A DNA stretch of 63,940 bases, counting the filler, from Kipferlia bialata (lineage: Eukaryota), in assembly GCA_003568945.1 (NCBI GenBank). It is 3 parts of 3 records of this genome, joined end to end, with 100 filler letters (N's around TTAATTAATTAA, not from the genome) between each part and the next. Parts side by side here need not be neighbours in the genome. Positions count along the whole stretch, not along the records: positions 42,887 to 63,940 come from BDIP01000340.1; 2 more parts are not named here. The stretch is one strand, 5' to 3'. Position numbers and translations under genes: made by a program. The notes beneath the pieces are model-generated. The model was not told the DNA's origin. It was given only the letters and a program-made list of their open reading frames with translations, and searched no databases. Positions 51,656 through 63,528 of the stretch are shown here, piece after piece (the first letter of the stretch is position 1; the number at the start of each line of letters is the position of its first letter).

Positions 51656-53629
51656 TACATATATATGTACTATGATATTATACTAACCCTCAGAGACATG
51701 GACCATGCCCTGGCCAGACTTGTCTTACCTGTATATATGTACATATACTATTGTATTGATATATACACACATTCTTACCCTCAGAGACATGGACCATGCC
51801 CTGGCCAGACTTGTCCTACCTGTAGTGGCCACATCAGCCCTGTCAGTCAACAACATGCACATAGGTATTCATATATTAAGTGTACATATATACAGTGTGT
51901 GTATATATATATATATACAAATATATATATATAGATATATATATATGTGTGTAGTGGACATATCAGCCCTGTCAGATGGCACACGCACTTGTAAGTTGGT
52001 TACGTCTAACTATTTAGCCTTCTTATTGGGATGTCTTTCTTACTGACACAGCCTCTGATGCACTGACCTTGCTGGATATGATGCAAGATACATATGTGCG
52101 TATGATACATATATATACATATATATACATTCACCTTAGTCTCTATCTTAAATACTGACACAGCCTCTGACGCCCTCACCCTCCTTGAGTACCACCCTGC
52201 CTTTACTGAGGAGGAACAGAAACAATTCCAGAGGCTGGGATATCAGCTGTTCAGCAGGTACTCCACACTAATATATGTGTGTGTATTCTATTTGCATTAT
52301 GTCACAAACAGTTCTGTCTCTGTCTCTGTATATGTATACTATATATTATGTGTCTGCTATGTGTATGATAGTTTTCTACATATTCTCCATATATGCATTC
52401 AATCACGGACACCTAACCCCAGGGCCACCGTCCCCCCCTATGTCTCCTCTGATAGAGACTCCTTCCAGTGCCCAAAGTGTGATAGTCCCATACCAGCTGT
52501 GGGTACGATCTCTATCTCTCTCTCTCTCATTCTCTGGGTGTGTATATGTGTCTGTCTATCTGACTCTCAGGCCATGTCTGCAAGGAGTGTCTGTCTGCTG
52601 TGCCCCCCCCCCCCCTACTCTCTCTATGTCTCTATGTATATGAGAATATCTCTATATATCAATTGATGATCTCTCTCATTCTTAGGCCATGTCTGTAAGG
52701 AGTGTCTGTCTGCTGTGCCTCTGTGTGCACTCAGTGGTCACCCTATTCTCAAGGTAGAGTATAGTATATGTATATAGAGGATATATAGGATGTATAGCAT
52801 ATATGTTGTGTCAGTAAGACTAATTTGCACTTAGTGGTCACCCTATACTCAAGGTAGGATGCCGTGTATATACTAATATGCCTCACCATGGTACCAGTCC
52901 TTCCTACAGTGCATATTCAGATACAGTATATATATATGTATATGTGTGTCCTGACATTCCAACATCAGTCCTTCCTGCAGTGCTTTTATTCATTGTCAGT
53001 GAATGTATTGTATATATGTATATGTACTCATTGCCAGGATCAGTCCTTCCTACAGTGCACCAGGTGTAGGTGCTGTGTGTTAGAGACAGGGAGGTATGTA
53101 GGATCAGTCTACATTTACATTCAGTATAGGGTCGAGAAGTGTATCTTCTCCATGAATTTCCTAATCATACATCCTTAGACAGAGTGACAGTGAAAAGTAT
53201 CATAGTGTTAGTACAATACTGAGAGTCATGGTGTTCATTCCGTCTCGCTCAACGTCACTGTGTGTGTCTCTACTCACTCTAGGCTGGTATCTAGGCAGAG
53301 TGACCGAATAGCGTCTAGGCAGAGTGACAGGGACGAGGGTGTGATAGCTAGTGATGCCCCTACCCCCTTATCAGCCCCTACCCCCTTGTGTCCAGTCTGC
53401 CATGGAGTAGGTATATATATCCATATATGTAAATATATGTATAGATTATAAACTTATAGATTATAAACTCATACCATCTCTCTCTATCCACTCCCTTGTG
53501 TCCAGTCTGCCTTGGAGTAGGTACATACACTGTGTAGTGTATAGAGGATATATATGTATATATGACTGATATGACTGTGTACTTATTATGCACACTCCAT
53601 TCCCACTCTAGGCACCTCCTCTCTGGCGA

Positions 53630-53663
<34 letters not shown>

Positions 53664-53770
53664 ATTTGGTAGTTATTTCACTTAATAGGTATATCCTCAC
53701 CCCAGGCACCTTCTTGTCTGGCGACTATTCTGCACTCGATGGGTCAGCATACGGGTGGGAGCCCCTATAG
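43294..53770 (+). CDS. WDR35: Divergent IFT-A subunit WDR35/IFT121, multi-exon, 5'-partial
   Basis: DPVVAVALAADTLFMAR/KTGVIECLSLP; VMWSRDDPAM; HLWQLVANKALK..AREAFRR/AGDFSG; EAELRAHLGDIGQAE; RLRMLERFGNWRAIL; C-terminal zinc-finger cluster CPKC..CKEC..PLCALSGHPI..CTRC..CPVCH; stop TAG 53768-53770. Confidence 0.82.
44725..45670. other. Assembly gap (946 N) inside an IFT121 intron
   Basis: N run with copies of the same exon end on both sides. Confidence 0.95.
50837..51350 (+). repeat. Five direct copies of TAACMCCAG|GGTGACATCCTRGACTATGACCATG (branch point, acceptor, exon start)
   Basis: AG ends at 50844, 50965, 51070, 51200 and 51322; only the last continues as an open exon. Confidence 0.95.
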
Positions 53771-54138
53771 GCAGTGGTGACTACCCAAGACTAGTTAGGA
53801 CTTGTCGTGACTGGGATTCAAAAGCCAGTGCCAGTGTGTGTGTGTGTGTTTGTGTTGTGTTTGGCGTCTGTATTGTATTATTGTATTGTGTGGGGTGTTT
53901 CCCTTCGCAAGCCGGTGTTATCACCTTGTGTGTGATCGTCTATCCAAATAGATGTATCACAGAGTATACGTGTGTCGATATTGATAAGTTGTGTGTTGAT
54001 GTCGGTTCAGGTATGTATATTGTAGTATACAATTACACATTTCACATCCCTTGAACTCTCAGTCTCTATTTAAACATACAACGGAGTGGTCAGGTATGCC
54101 CCACTCACTCACACACTCTCTCTCTCCACCTACACCCC

Positions 54139-54301
54139 TTAAACAGCAAGGATGTTCTCAAGCTGGGACTTGAGCTGGGCAACCTGGGGGTGAGGGAGTA
54201 TGCAGTCAATTATAGAGTATACATGTATACTTCTTTCTCTACCCACGTCTATGCACTTAAATACCTGCTTCTTGAGGAATACCACCTCCTCGGCGTCTCT
54301 C

Positions 54302-54356
<55 letters not shown>

Positions 54357-54448
54357 CACAATATATACACACACATATATGTCTGTCTATCAGTACAAAT
54401 AACTGAAAATATACATGCTTCTTGAAGAACACCACCTCCTCGGCATGG

Positions 54449-54479
<31 letters not shown>

Positions 54480-54888
54480 CATGTATATACATATATATAC
54501 ATATATATATACATATACATTCCTGCTTCTTGAGGAATACGACCTCCTCGGCGTCTCTCTCTCTCTCTATCTCTCTCTCTCTATACATATATATACATAT
54601 CTATACATACATACACACACACATATATATATATGTGTACATACCTGCTTCTTGAGGAACACCACCTCCTCGGCGTGTCTCTTCTCCTCAATGGCACGGC
54701 GGTCAGCCTCGTACCTGGGGGTGAGGGTGTATGTGTAAATAGAAACAGACTATTATAGTATACAGAGCATACACACCTCTCGAGTGTATCAAGCCTGGCC
54801 TTGTACTCTGCCACCTGCTGCAGCAGCTGCTCGTTCTCTCCCTCCAGGGTGATGATCCTGTCCTTCATCTCGGCCTTGCCCTGCTCCA
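54139..54888 (-). CDS. DNALI1: Axonemal inner-arm dynein light chain p28, last 3 exons, 5'-partial
   Basis: EQGKAEMKDRIITLEGENEQLLQQVAEYKARLDTLER/YEADRRAIEEKRHAEEVVFLKKQ/VAQLKSQLENILAV-TAA, collinear with the p28 C-terminus EQGK.DM..KI..LE...EEKKH.EEI.FLK..NQQLK.QLEGI. Confidence 0.88.
54262..54676 (-). repeat. Four direct copies of the DNALI1 exon end GCCGAGGAGGTGGTGTTCCTCAAGAAGCAG plus donor
   Basis: Copies at ~54264, ~54414, ~54521 and the real exon at 54644; each echo abuts a (GA)n tract. Confidence 0.95.
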
Positions 54889-54931
54889 CTAGTGTGAGGC
54901 ATGGTACATATAACTGTATATGTACACATAA

Positions 54932-54971
<40 letters not shown>

Positions 54972-55084
54972 TATGATCCTGTCCTTCATCTCGGCCTTGC
55001 CCTGCTCGAATAGTGTAAGGAATGCATATCCACAGGATATATATATCATACATCAATAGATTGATTTCCATTCTTTCGAATAAA

Positions 55085-55085
<1 letters not shown>

Positions 55086-55115
<30 letters not shown>
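55086..55115. repeat. Poly-G tract (30 G), probable contig misjoin
   Basis: Two 5'-truncated genes diverge from it; the other poly-G/C tracts sit at or near gaps, scaffold ends or the window start. Confidence 0.7.
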
Positions 55116-55116
<1 letters not shown>

Positions 55117-55134
55117 AAAGAAAGGGAGGGCACT

Positions 55135-56705
55135 GTGATGTGCCCCTCCTTCTGGACCAATCTGCCTGTGGAGACAGACAACATATACCAGACGCTGGGG
55201 GAGGCCACAATCACACTCACAGACCTAGGTATCTATGTATATGTATGGATATACATGTTGAGTAGTGGTGCCTCACCCCCAGGGTCCGAGTTAGATGGGG
55301 ACGATGTGATGCTGATACCCCTGGATGACCCATCCTGTGCTGCTAGGTATGGTGGTAAATGCATATACGTATTCACAAGTGGAATGAATTGTATACGACT
55401 CATTGTTGTCTGGGTTATGCTTGTCTGCATGTGGAGTAGAGATAACCTGACCCCCAGTGGCACCTGCCCCTCTCTTTCTGATGCTGTCAGTGGGGACTAC
55501 ACAGTGGGGCCCATGGAAGGTGGGTGTACTGACCACTCCTATAGTATTCGTCGTATGAACTATGGTGGGTCATACTAAGTAGTACTAGTTCTACCCCCCA
55601 GGTTCCCTCCTTCCCAAGGGCTATCTTGTGACCTCTGCCGTGCCTGCCCTAGTGGAAGTGGGGTCACCCATCACAGAGATACCAACACGCATAGCGGTCG
55701 AGGTAAGGGGGGAGTATGTATCCATGTATACTCTCTAGTATTACTGGGCAAGTATATTCAGAAGATCATCCTTTCACTATGTATGACTTCTGAGTATACC
55801 CTCCATTACACCCCCCCCCCCTCACCCAGGACCTGACCACCTTGATCTGTCTATGAATGAATGGGTGATATAAATATAAGTGTGTGTGAATATGTGTGCA
55901 GTACTACGTATTATACTATATAGCTCTGAATATCCCCCTCACCTCCCAGGACCTGACCACCTTCGACCTGTCCATGCCCACTGTGGAGGGTGTCATCAGT
56001 GCACTCACAAGCTCAGTGGACACAGTGATCTCTAGATACACAGAGATACTCAGGTACAAGACATACACAACCCGCACCCCCCCCCCCCTTCTTCTCTTTC
56101 CCTATGTTAGTATATACCTAGTAGTGCTCTGCCTCACCCCCCAGCATCCCCCTGTGGCAGGAGGTTGGTGTCTTCACCCTGTCTGCCCTGCCTGGGTGGA
56201 AGGCCAGGACCATCATCGCCGAGGACAGCGTGGTGCTAGCCACCAGTGCCCTGTGGGTAGGGGGCATGGGTATCATGGGGGTCATGGTACTGGCACTGGT
56301 GGTGGGGGTGTTCAGGTACGTACATGCATATCATAACCTGTGTGTATCTCTAGACTCTCTAACTGGTATGAGTGTGATTGTATATATACTAACCCCCCAG
56401 GGTGTGTGTCTCCAGAGGTGTTGTGTCCAGACTGCTCAAGAGAGAGAGGCCAGTGGATGTCAGGCTGGGCAGAGTGGCAGTCACACACACAACGGGAGAG
56501 AGGTATACATGGATAGCACTATAAAGTCCCCTGCTAGATATATATGTGTGTATGTTTTGCATAATGGTATATATATATGAGTGCAGTATCACCCCCTCAC
56601 CCCAGGCTGACTGTCAAACAGCCCAAGAAGCCAGTGGAGGCCATATCGTCAGATGTACAGAAGGCGGCTCAGAGCCACATTGTAAAGCTTGAGAATGACT
56701 TCTAG
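55135..56705 (+). CDS. Unknown single-pass (type I-like) membrane protein, 5'-partial, ~8 exons
   Basis: Spliced frame CPSFWTNLPVETDNIY...ALWVGGMGIMGVMVLALVVGVF/RVCVSRGVVSRLLKRER.../LTVKQPKK..KLENDF-TAG (56703-56705). Confidence 0.65.
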
Positions 56706-57006
56706 ACAACTATTACAACTACTGGTAGAGATAGACTGAGGAAACGAATAGATCTATTAAACCACAATGGATACTATAGACTGTGTCAAGGAGACACGAA
56801 CACGGGTAGATATATATATGCAGACACATATACAGACAGTACTGCTACACGTAGAATAGGTGGGGCCCTGGGGTATGTATACTAGTACACCCAGCGTCAG
56901 CCACACAACAAGCATGTATATATAACAGATATACACGCGGACACACAAGAACGACGAGGGAACCAAACGAAGTGACAAGGATCAGGGGAAGGAAGGGCCC
57001 TGATAC

Positions 57007-57040
<34 letters not shown>

Positions 57041-57180
57041 GTAAGGGAGAGAGGCACAGGATGAGGGAGGCTAACAGAAACAACACAACACAAGGGGTGG
57101 GGGACACAGACACGTCCATCACTGTACAAACAGATACAGGCTACAGACTATACAACAGTCTCAGGTGGTGTCTCTCCCTC

Positions 57181-60100
57181 TCATCTCCTGTTGGCGCCTC
57201 CCTTGGGCAGGGCGGAGGGGGGTCTCTTCTTGGAGCCTCAGAGTGAGTGGGATACATCATAAAGAGAGAGGGATAGAAGAATGGAGAGAGAGAGATGGCA
57301 ACCACACTCACTTCTCTTCTTCTTCTTGTCCTTGTCGTCTGCCTGTCTCTTCTTGGGCTTCCTCCTGGGGGGTTAGATATACAGTGAAAGCCAGTACGGA
57401 ATATATAGAGAGAGGGGGGGAGAGAGAGAGAGTCCTACCTCCAGTCATCCTCATCTCCACAACTGTCATCATCGCTGTCGTGCATCTCGCTCTCCTCCTC
57501 TCCTGGCACACCTGGGTGTCAACAAAAGGGTGTAGAGGGAGAGAGAGAGAGAGTATGTAGTACCTAGGTCGATGTCTGGTGCAGTGAATGTCTTCCTGGT
57601 CACTGTCACTATGCACTGGGGGGTGGTCAGATACACCTGGGCAAGGGCAGTGCCATTAGTGACATCAAAGAGCCTGGGGGGTGAGCACTAGAGAGAGAGA
57701 GGGAGAGAGAGAGATACACTAGCTATATATCTACCTGAGGTATCCGTCGAGGCCGCATGTGGCGAACATGGGCTCTCCCTCGAGGTTGGACACACAGAGC
57801 ACTGTGCCTGCGATGCCCCTGTATCTCTTGCACAGCTTGTTGGAGAGGAGGGACAGGGACCAGAGCTGACCCAGAGAGTTGGACACAATGACAAAGCCTG
57901 CCTTGAGGGTGTTCCTACCACGCTTGGACATGGACTGCACGGGCCTGGGGTGAGGGGGGTGGGGGGGGGGGGGATATGTATATATATAGAGAGAGAGAGA
58001 GAGAGACAGAGAGTGGGTGATGCACTCACTTTGGGGCCTTGTCCTGTGCCCTCATGTCCAGGGAGGGCGAGAGGGCGGAGAGGGGAGGGGGGAGCACACA
58101 CATGTACTGGACCTGCAGAGTCAGATCACCACAGTCAGAGAGAGAGCGTGTGTGTATGGAGAGGGGTATGCACATACATACACACCTGCCCGTCCTCAAA
58201 TGCCCTGACCCTGGCCGTCTGCTTCCTCTCCCTCTTCTCCCTCTGCTTCACAGCCTCTCTCTCCTCATCCTCAAGGGTAGTGTCCTTGGCCTTGTCGGTG
58301 CCCTCCAGGGAGGTCAGCCTGGGGGTGAGGCCAAGGGGTAGGCAAGAGGGAAATGTATAAACAGATATACACAGAGATATGTATACAGAGAAAGCAGCAA
58401 ATCACACCTGTATCTGGTGAGGTTGCCAGTGTCGTCTCCCACAATGACACCCAGTGCCTTCTGCTCGGCCTCTCTCCACACAGTGGCAGCTGGGGGTGGG
58501 GGGGATGCGTGTATACACATATACACATACATATATATAGAGAGAGAGAGACTGCATAAATACTATAGTATGCATACCTGTGATTCTGAAGAGGGGCTGC
58601 ATGTTGAGTGCGTCCTCGGGGGGTGGGGCGGCACCCCTCCAGACAAGCTTGCCCGGAGTGGCCTCGGCCTCAGTCTCAGTCTCAGTCTCAGTCTTGGTCT
58701 TGGCCTCTGCCCTGGGGGACCTGGGAGTTAGGGGGTATTGGGTGATGATATGTTACTTGCACATATATATAGAGAGAGAGATACATATATACATTAATAG
58801 ATAGATAGATGCCCTGGGGAGTGAGGGACAGGGGAACACATATAATAGTGTATATATATAAATATATATATATAAAATATAGTGTATATATATAGAGAGA
58901 GAACGGGTGTGAGAGCCGTCCATACCTGGGGTGGCTGAGGATGCGGGGTGGCTGCTTCATGCCAGCAACAAGGGTGTAGATGTTGTCCTGGGGGTGAGCA
59001 AAGGAGAGGAATACACGGACTTGATGATCTTGTGTGACCACCCACGTACATACTACACATCACTAAACCATGCGCATTATGCATATATATACATAACACA
59101 CCTTGATGACCTGGGGGTCTGTGCCCTCGGCAAAGAGGTCGGCAGAGGGCTCAACGACCTGGAGGTCAGAACAATAGCATGGGAGTGTGCTATACAATAA
59201 CTATATATATATTCATAATCATCACCCACCTGCGCGCACTCGAGCTGTGCCCTCTCCCCGTTGGGCCTCTGTGTGACAGGCAGTGCAAAGGGGATGTGGA
59301 ACACAAGCTCCCCCATGCCACTATCATTAGATGTAGAGGGGGCAGGGGCACCCTCGGGAACACCCAGGTCCATGTCGTCTGAGGACTCGTCTGAGGTAAG
59401 GGGGAGGATAGTATATATAATAATAAAGAGAGAGAGAGAGTAGTGTAGTATGTATGCTCCTGTACCTGCATCGTCTGCTGTACTGGGGCGCTTGACGCTG
59501 ACCTCGTATCTGGATGTGCCTGCCAGGGCCACTATGCCTGTGTCCAACCAGTCGAGCCCAGACACCTTGATGCAGTCCTGGGGGTGAGGTAGATGGGCAT
59601 ATATATATGTACATCTATGTATATACAGAGAGAGAAATATAACCTTGATGCAGTCCTAGGGGGGTGAGGGGGAGAAGGGAGGGGGAGATGGTATACATAT
59701 ATATAGAGAGAGAGAGAGAGACAGAGAGAGAGTGTATGTGTACCTTTGCCCTGCCGCTCTTGGCCGTCACCCCCACCTGGGGCACCTCTCCCAGGGCCAC
59801 CACCTCATACCCACCACCCATGGAGAACTGGTGCACATGGTCCTCACCTAGGGGTCAGATAGGTAGATGGGTATACAGGTAAGAGAGGCGTGGACTAGGT
59901 GGACATCAACGACAATCAGCGTGGCTTATACATGGAAGAATAGTAGATGCATGGGTGAATATAAGTATAAGTATGCTGATGTTAGCGTCGCTAAGTACAG
60001 TAGGATATACAAGATACAGCAGTGTATGGAGGCAGTAACAGTGGATCACGTAGTTGAAATGTGAAAGAACCAAATATGTAACGCACAAAATAGACATCGA

Positions 60101-60936
60101 GGACAAGTGAAAATAGAGATACTGTGGGGTAAATGCATAAGGGTGTACTGCTAACCATCAGATACAGTCAAAGACAGAATGACAGGAGTATATCTGGATC
60201 AACAAGATGATTGGGTGATATATCGATGACGGTAAGAACAACAGTACCACACAACAATCAATGGTATAAGGTGGCATAGCACACTAGCAATGTAGTAGGG
60301 GTACATACATCCCTAATTGCAAATGTATGAGCAAGTCATAGAGTCACACAACTGAAATATGTTGAAAACAGTAAACCATCACAAGCGATATCCAAGCCAC
60401 CAGTGAGTTGCACCGACATCCCCAACACCCGCGGCCCCCATACAAGCTCATATACCCACCGTATCCCCTACAGCAAGAGAGATATCAATGACCGAAAATG
60501 TCAGAAACAGTGTAGATATGCAAATAATACGTGGCCTCAATGGCCAGTGCTAAGTATGGTATAGTACGTCCCACCTGTGCCGTCGAACTCGAGCTGGCCT
60601 GGGAGGGAGTAGAGCACAAGGTGACCGCTCTGGTACCCGGCCACAAACTCAAAGAGGTCGGAGTCGTTGCTGGGGTTGAGGGCAATGGCACACACGGGGT
60701 TGGGCTTCATCCTGGTGGGGGGCGGGATCTTGATGGCGGTGGCATTGGTGAAGCACTGGAGGAAGGGGAACGTAACTGGGGTGAGTGGCGGCTGAAGATT
60801 TGCAGATGCGATCGGGTCAGTGTCACTTGAAAATCTGCCGAAATTTACCGTCTCGCTATGCATACGTACCGCGGATGTTGCCGATCTCGTCACCAACGAG
60901 ACAGCACACGGCGGAAGAGTCGGAACCAGCAGTCAT
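57181..60936 (-). CDS. WDR74: WD40 ribosome-biogenesis factor WDR74/NSA1, multi-exon, complete
   Basis: MTAGSDSSAVCCLVGDEIGNIR at the start; FVIVSNSLGQLWSLSL..KRYRGIAGTVLCV...MFATCGLDGYLR/LFDV matches WDR74/Nsa1 (..G.AGSVR....ASCGLDR.LR); acidic then basic tail DEDDWRRKPKKR..RR-TGA. Confidence 0.83.
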
Positions 60937-61239
60937 TTAAGTCTAAGTCTCTCGAAAGAGACAGTTGAGTGGGAGTCTATTTTTGACACAAACCCTTTTC
61001 TCACATTGTCAGGCTGCGGCAGTCTGACTGCCAGCAGTGTTGGTTGATACTCACGATAACCCCACCACAATCATCTCCATCCGAATAATACATTTATGCA
61101 TCACACCGCAGTGACGATGCTCGCCATCAAAAGACGAAGGAATACACAATCTCTCACTCACACACTCTCTTTCCGCTAGGGGCGGCAGAAGCAACCAAAC
61201 TCAATACACAAAACAAATCCTTACAGCACTCTCACCAGA

Positions 61240-61279
<40 letters not shown>

Positions 61280-61381
61280 GGTTGCTCAAACTGGCAAAGA
61301 ACTCTATCGTACAACCTACCAACTGGACCACACTGTATGTCCACCATCACACACACTCTCTCTCTCACTGTATGTGTGTGT

Positions 61382-63228
61382 CTAGTCCAGAGTCATGGGC
61401 TGAGACACACAGGGACTGGTGATTCCGTCCTGTGTTGGGGAGGAGTACAATACAAAAATAGGAACACCAAATATTGAGTGTATATATGTGACATGTACCT
61501 GTCCTGACTGGCTGCCTGATGACTCCTCATCCAGAAGAGTGCTGTCGGCATGGGCCTGCTGCGGGTCAGAGTGGTAAGACAACACATGAGGGAGAGAGAT
61601 ACAGGGTCTATATACCTTGAGGAAATACACCATGAGAGAATATATGGTATACACACATAGTATAAAACTGCAAATACTGTACCCACCTTCAAGGGGCTGG
61701 GCACCACCACGCCCTGTATGAGTGATGGCTCGTCTGAGGCAGAGTCCTCGTACAGACCAGGGCTCTGATGGACAGGGGACACAGAGTGGGAGTGGGACCC
61801 TCGGACATTGTAGGGGACGGGGGAGACAGAGTTGGAGCGGGAGCCTGGGGGTAGAGAGAGGGGGGATGAACCCGTGAATGTACTAGAGTGACGGGGCTAG
61901 GCATGGCTGGAGACAGAAGGTGAATTAAGGTTCTCAGAGGGTGGGTTGGGAAGAGTAAAGAGTACAATACCTGATCTGGACTTGACTGATCTGCCGGAGT
62001 GGTATGGTCTGATCCTGGGGGTGAGGGGGAGAGAGAGGGATTACAGGAGACAACACCCATTCAGAAGACTCTAACACAAGTAGGTCTGTGCTCTTCCACC
62101 ATGTCTGAGTGCTGCATCCATCCATCTCACTCAATGCACTGACTGCTACATTGTCATAAGTATACATACAACACTATACCTGTCCACCATGTCTGACAGC
62201 TCTGCATCCCTCTCTCCCTATCCATAAAACCAATGTTATATATATACACTCATATATATACAACACTGTACCTGTCCACCATGTCTGACAGCTCTGCATC
62301 ACTGACAAATGCCCCCTCTCTCTCGTTGAAGAGGGACTCCTCCTCCAGCAGACGCCGCACATTGCTCTTACTGGGGTGAGGCAGTGGAGACCACACAAAG
62401 AGGGAGAGAGGGAGGTTATGAATTACAAGCTCACACGTTGAAGAAGAGATACCTAAGGGGAGATACCTAAGGGGAGAATATACATCAGCAAGAGACCGTA
62501 TACTATATGAGAGACACCACCCGATGATACCAACTACTACACATGGGAAACACGGCTACATATGGTCTGGATATGTCGACATACCACCTCTCTGGCTGGT
62601 ACCCCCTCCTTACTTGTAGACCATATCACCAATAGTATCATAATAATCCAAAGCCAAGTAGACACATTACCCTTACCTCCTCTGGTGCCGTCTCCTCTTA
62701 TAGTACACCAATAGTATATAGTAGACTATAGAAACCCCAAGACCATTCTGTTAAACACTATAGAGATGCAGATACATCACCCACCTCCTCTGGTGCCCCC
62801 TCCGTCTGGGTGTGAAGTCTGCCATGTGGATGGATGGGTCAAGGTCAAGGAGGGACACGGTACTGGGCTGGTCGGCCCTCTCCCTCGCTCTCTCGGCCTC
62901 TCTGGGGGTGAGATGCTGCAGGATATATACCCATATACTATCACAGACTGTGATCATGGCAGCATATCAGAGTGCCAACACAGAGCTATGGAAGAGAGAT
63001 ACGTGTGAAAAGAAGGCGTGGTATACAGTATGTCCATATAACTCAGAGCTGCCGGTACACACCCATACGACTATAGAGGAATACGCAATCTCAAGCAAGT
63101 ATCATCAATCCACATGAATAACCCCCAACAACACCGAATCAGACCACAATACAGACTACATCTCCCCGCCCATACATGAGTGTGTATGTCGACATATACA
63201 CTAACCTTTGGGACTCTGTGGATCCCAT
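61382..63228 (-). CDS. Unknown Ser/Arg/Pro-rich, probably disordered protein with an N-myristoylation-type start (MGSTES), 7 exons
   Basis: All exons join in frame at canonical sites: MGSTESQ/REAERARE..HQR/SKSNVRRLLEEESLF..MVD/RIRPYHSGRSVKSRS/GSRSNSVSPVP..SPLK/QAHADS..GQ/DGITSPCVSQPMTLD-TAG. Confidence 0.7.
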
Positions 63229-63528
63229 CTGGCTAGGGAACATAGACACGGACACAGGCTGGTACACAGGACAAGGGACGCAGATTACAGGTAGATGATT
63301 CAGTTTCACGGTACAGGACGTCTCTACAGTATGCAATAAGGCACCCTCAACAGTAGGTTGTATGTGCTATGAGATAGAGACACCACAGGACACGATTGAC
63401 ATTGAAATGTTGGGATTCTCGGTACAAAGGGTCTAGCAAACAAAAAGATCAACGCCTTGCGGCCTTGGTCCTTTCAGTGCACAGTCTTATATACTACATC
63501 GGGACCCATTGCTGTATCTCTGTTCTGA

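Noticed and set aside
11857..54888. Ciliary gene cluster (SPEF2, CEP76, IFT121, DNALI1)
   Set aside because: They lie on three artificially joined scaffolds; only IFT121 and DNALI1 are neighbours, which is unremarkable in a flagellate.
10660..62810. Echoes as mutually exclusive alternative exons or pure assembly duplicates
   Set aside because: Most echoes have only one splice boundary and some have frameshifts, so they are not full exons; divergence and distinct spacers argue against simple read duplication, though long reads are needed to exclude it.
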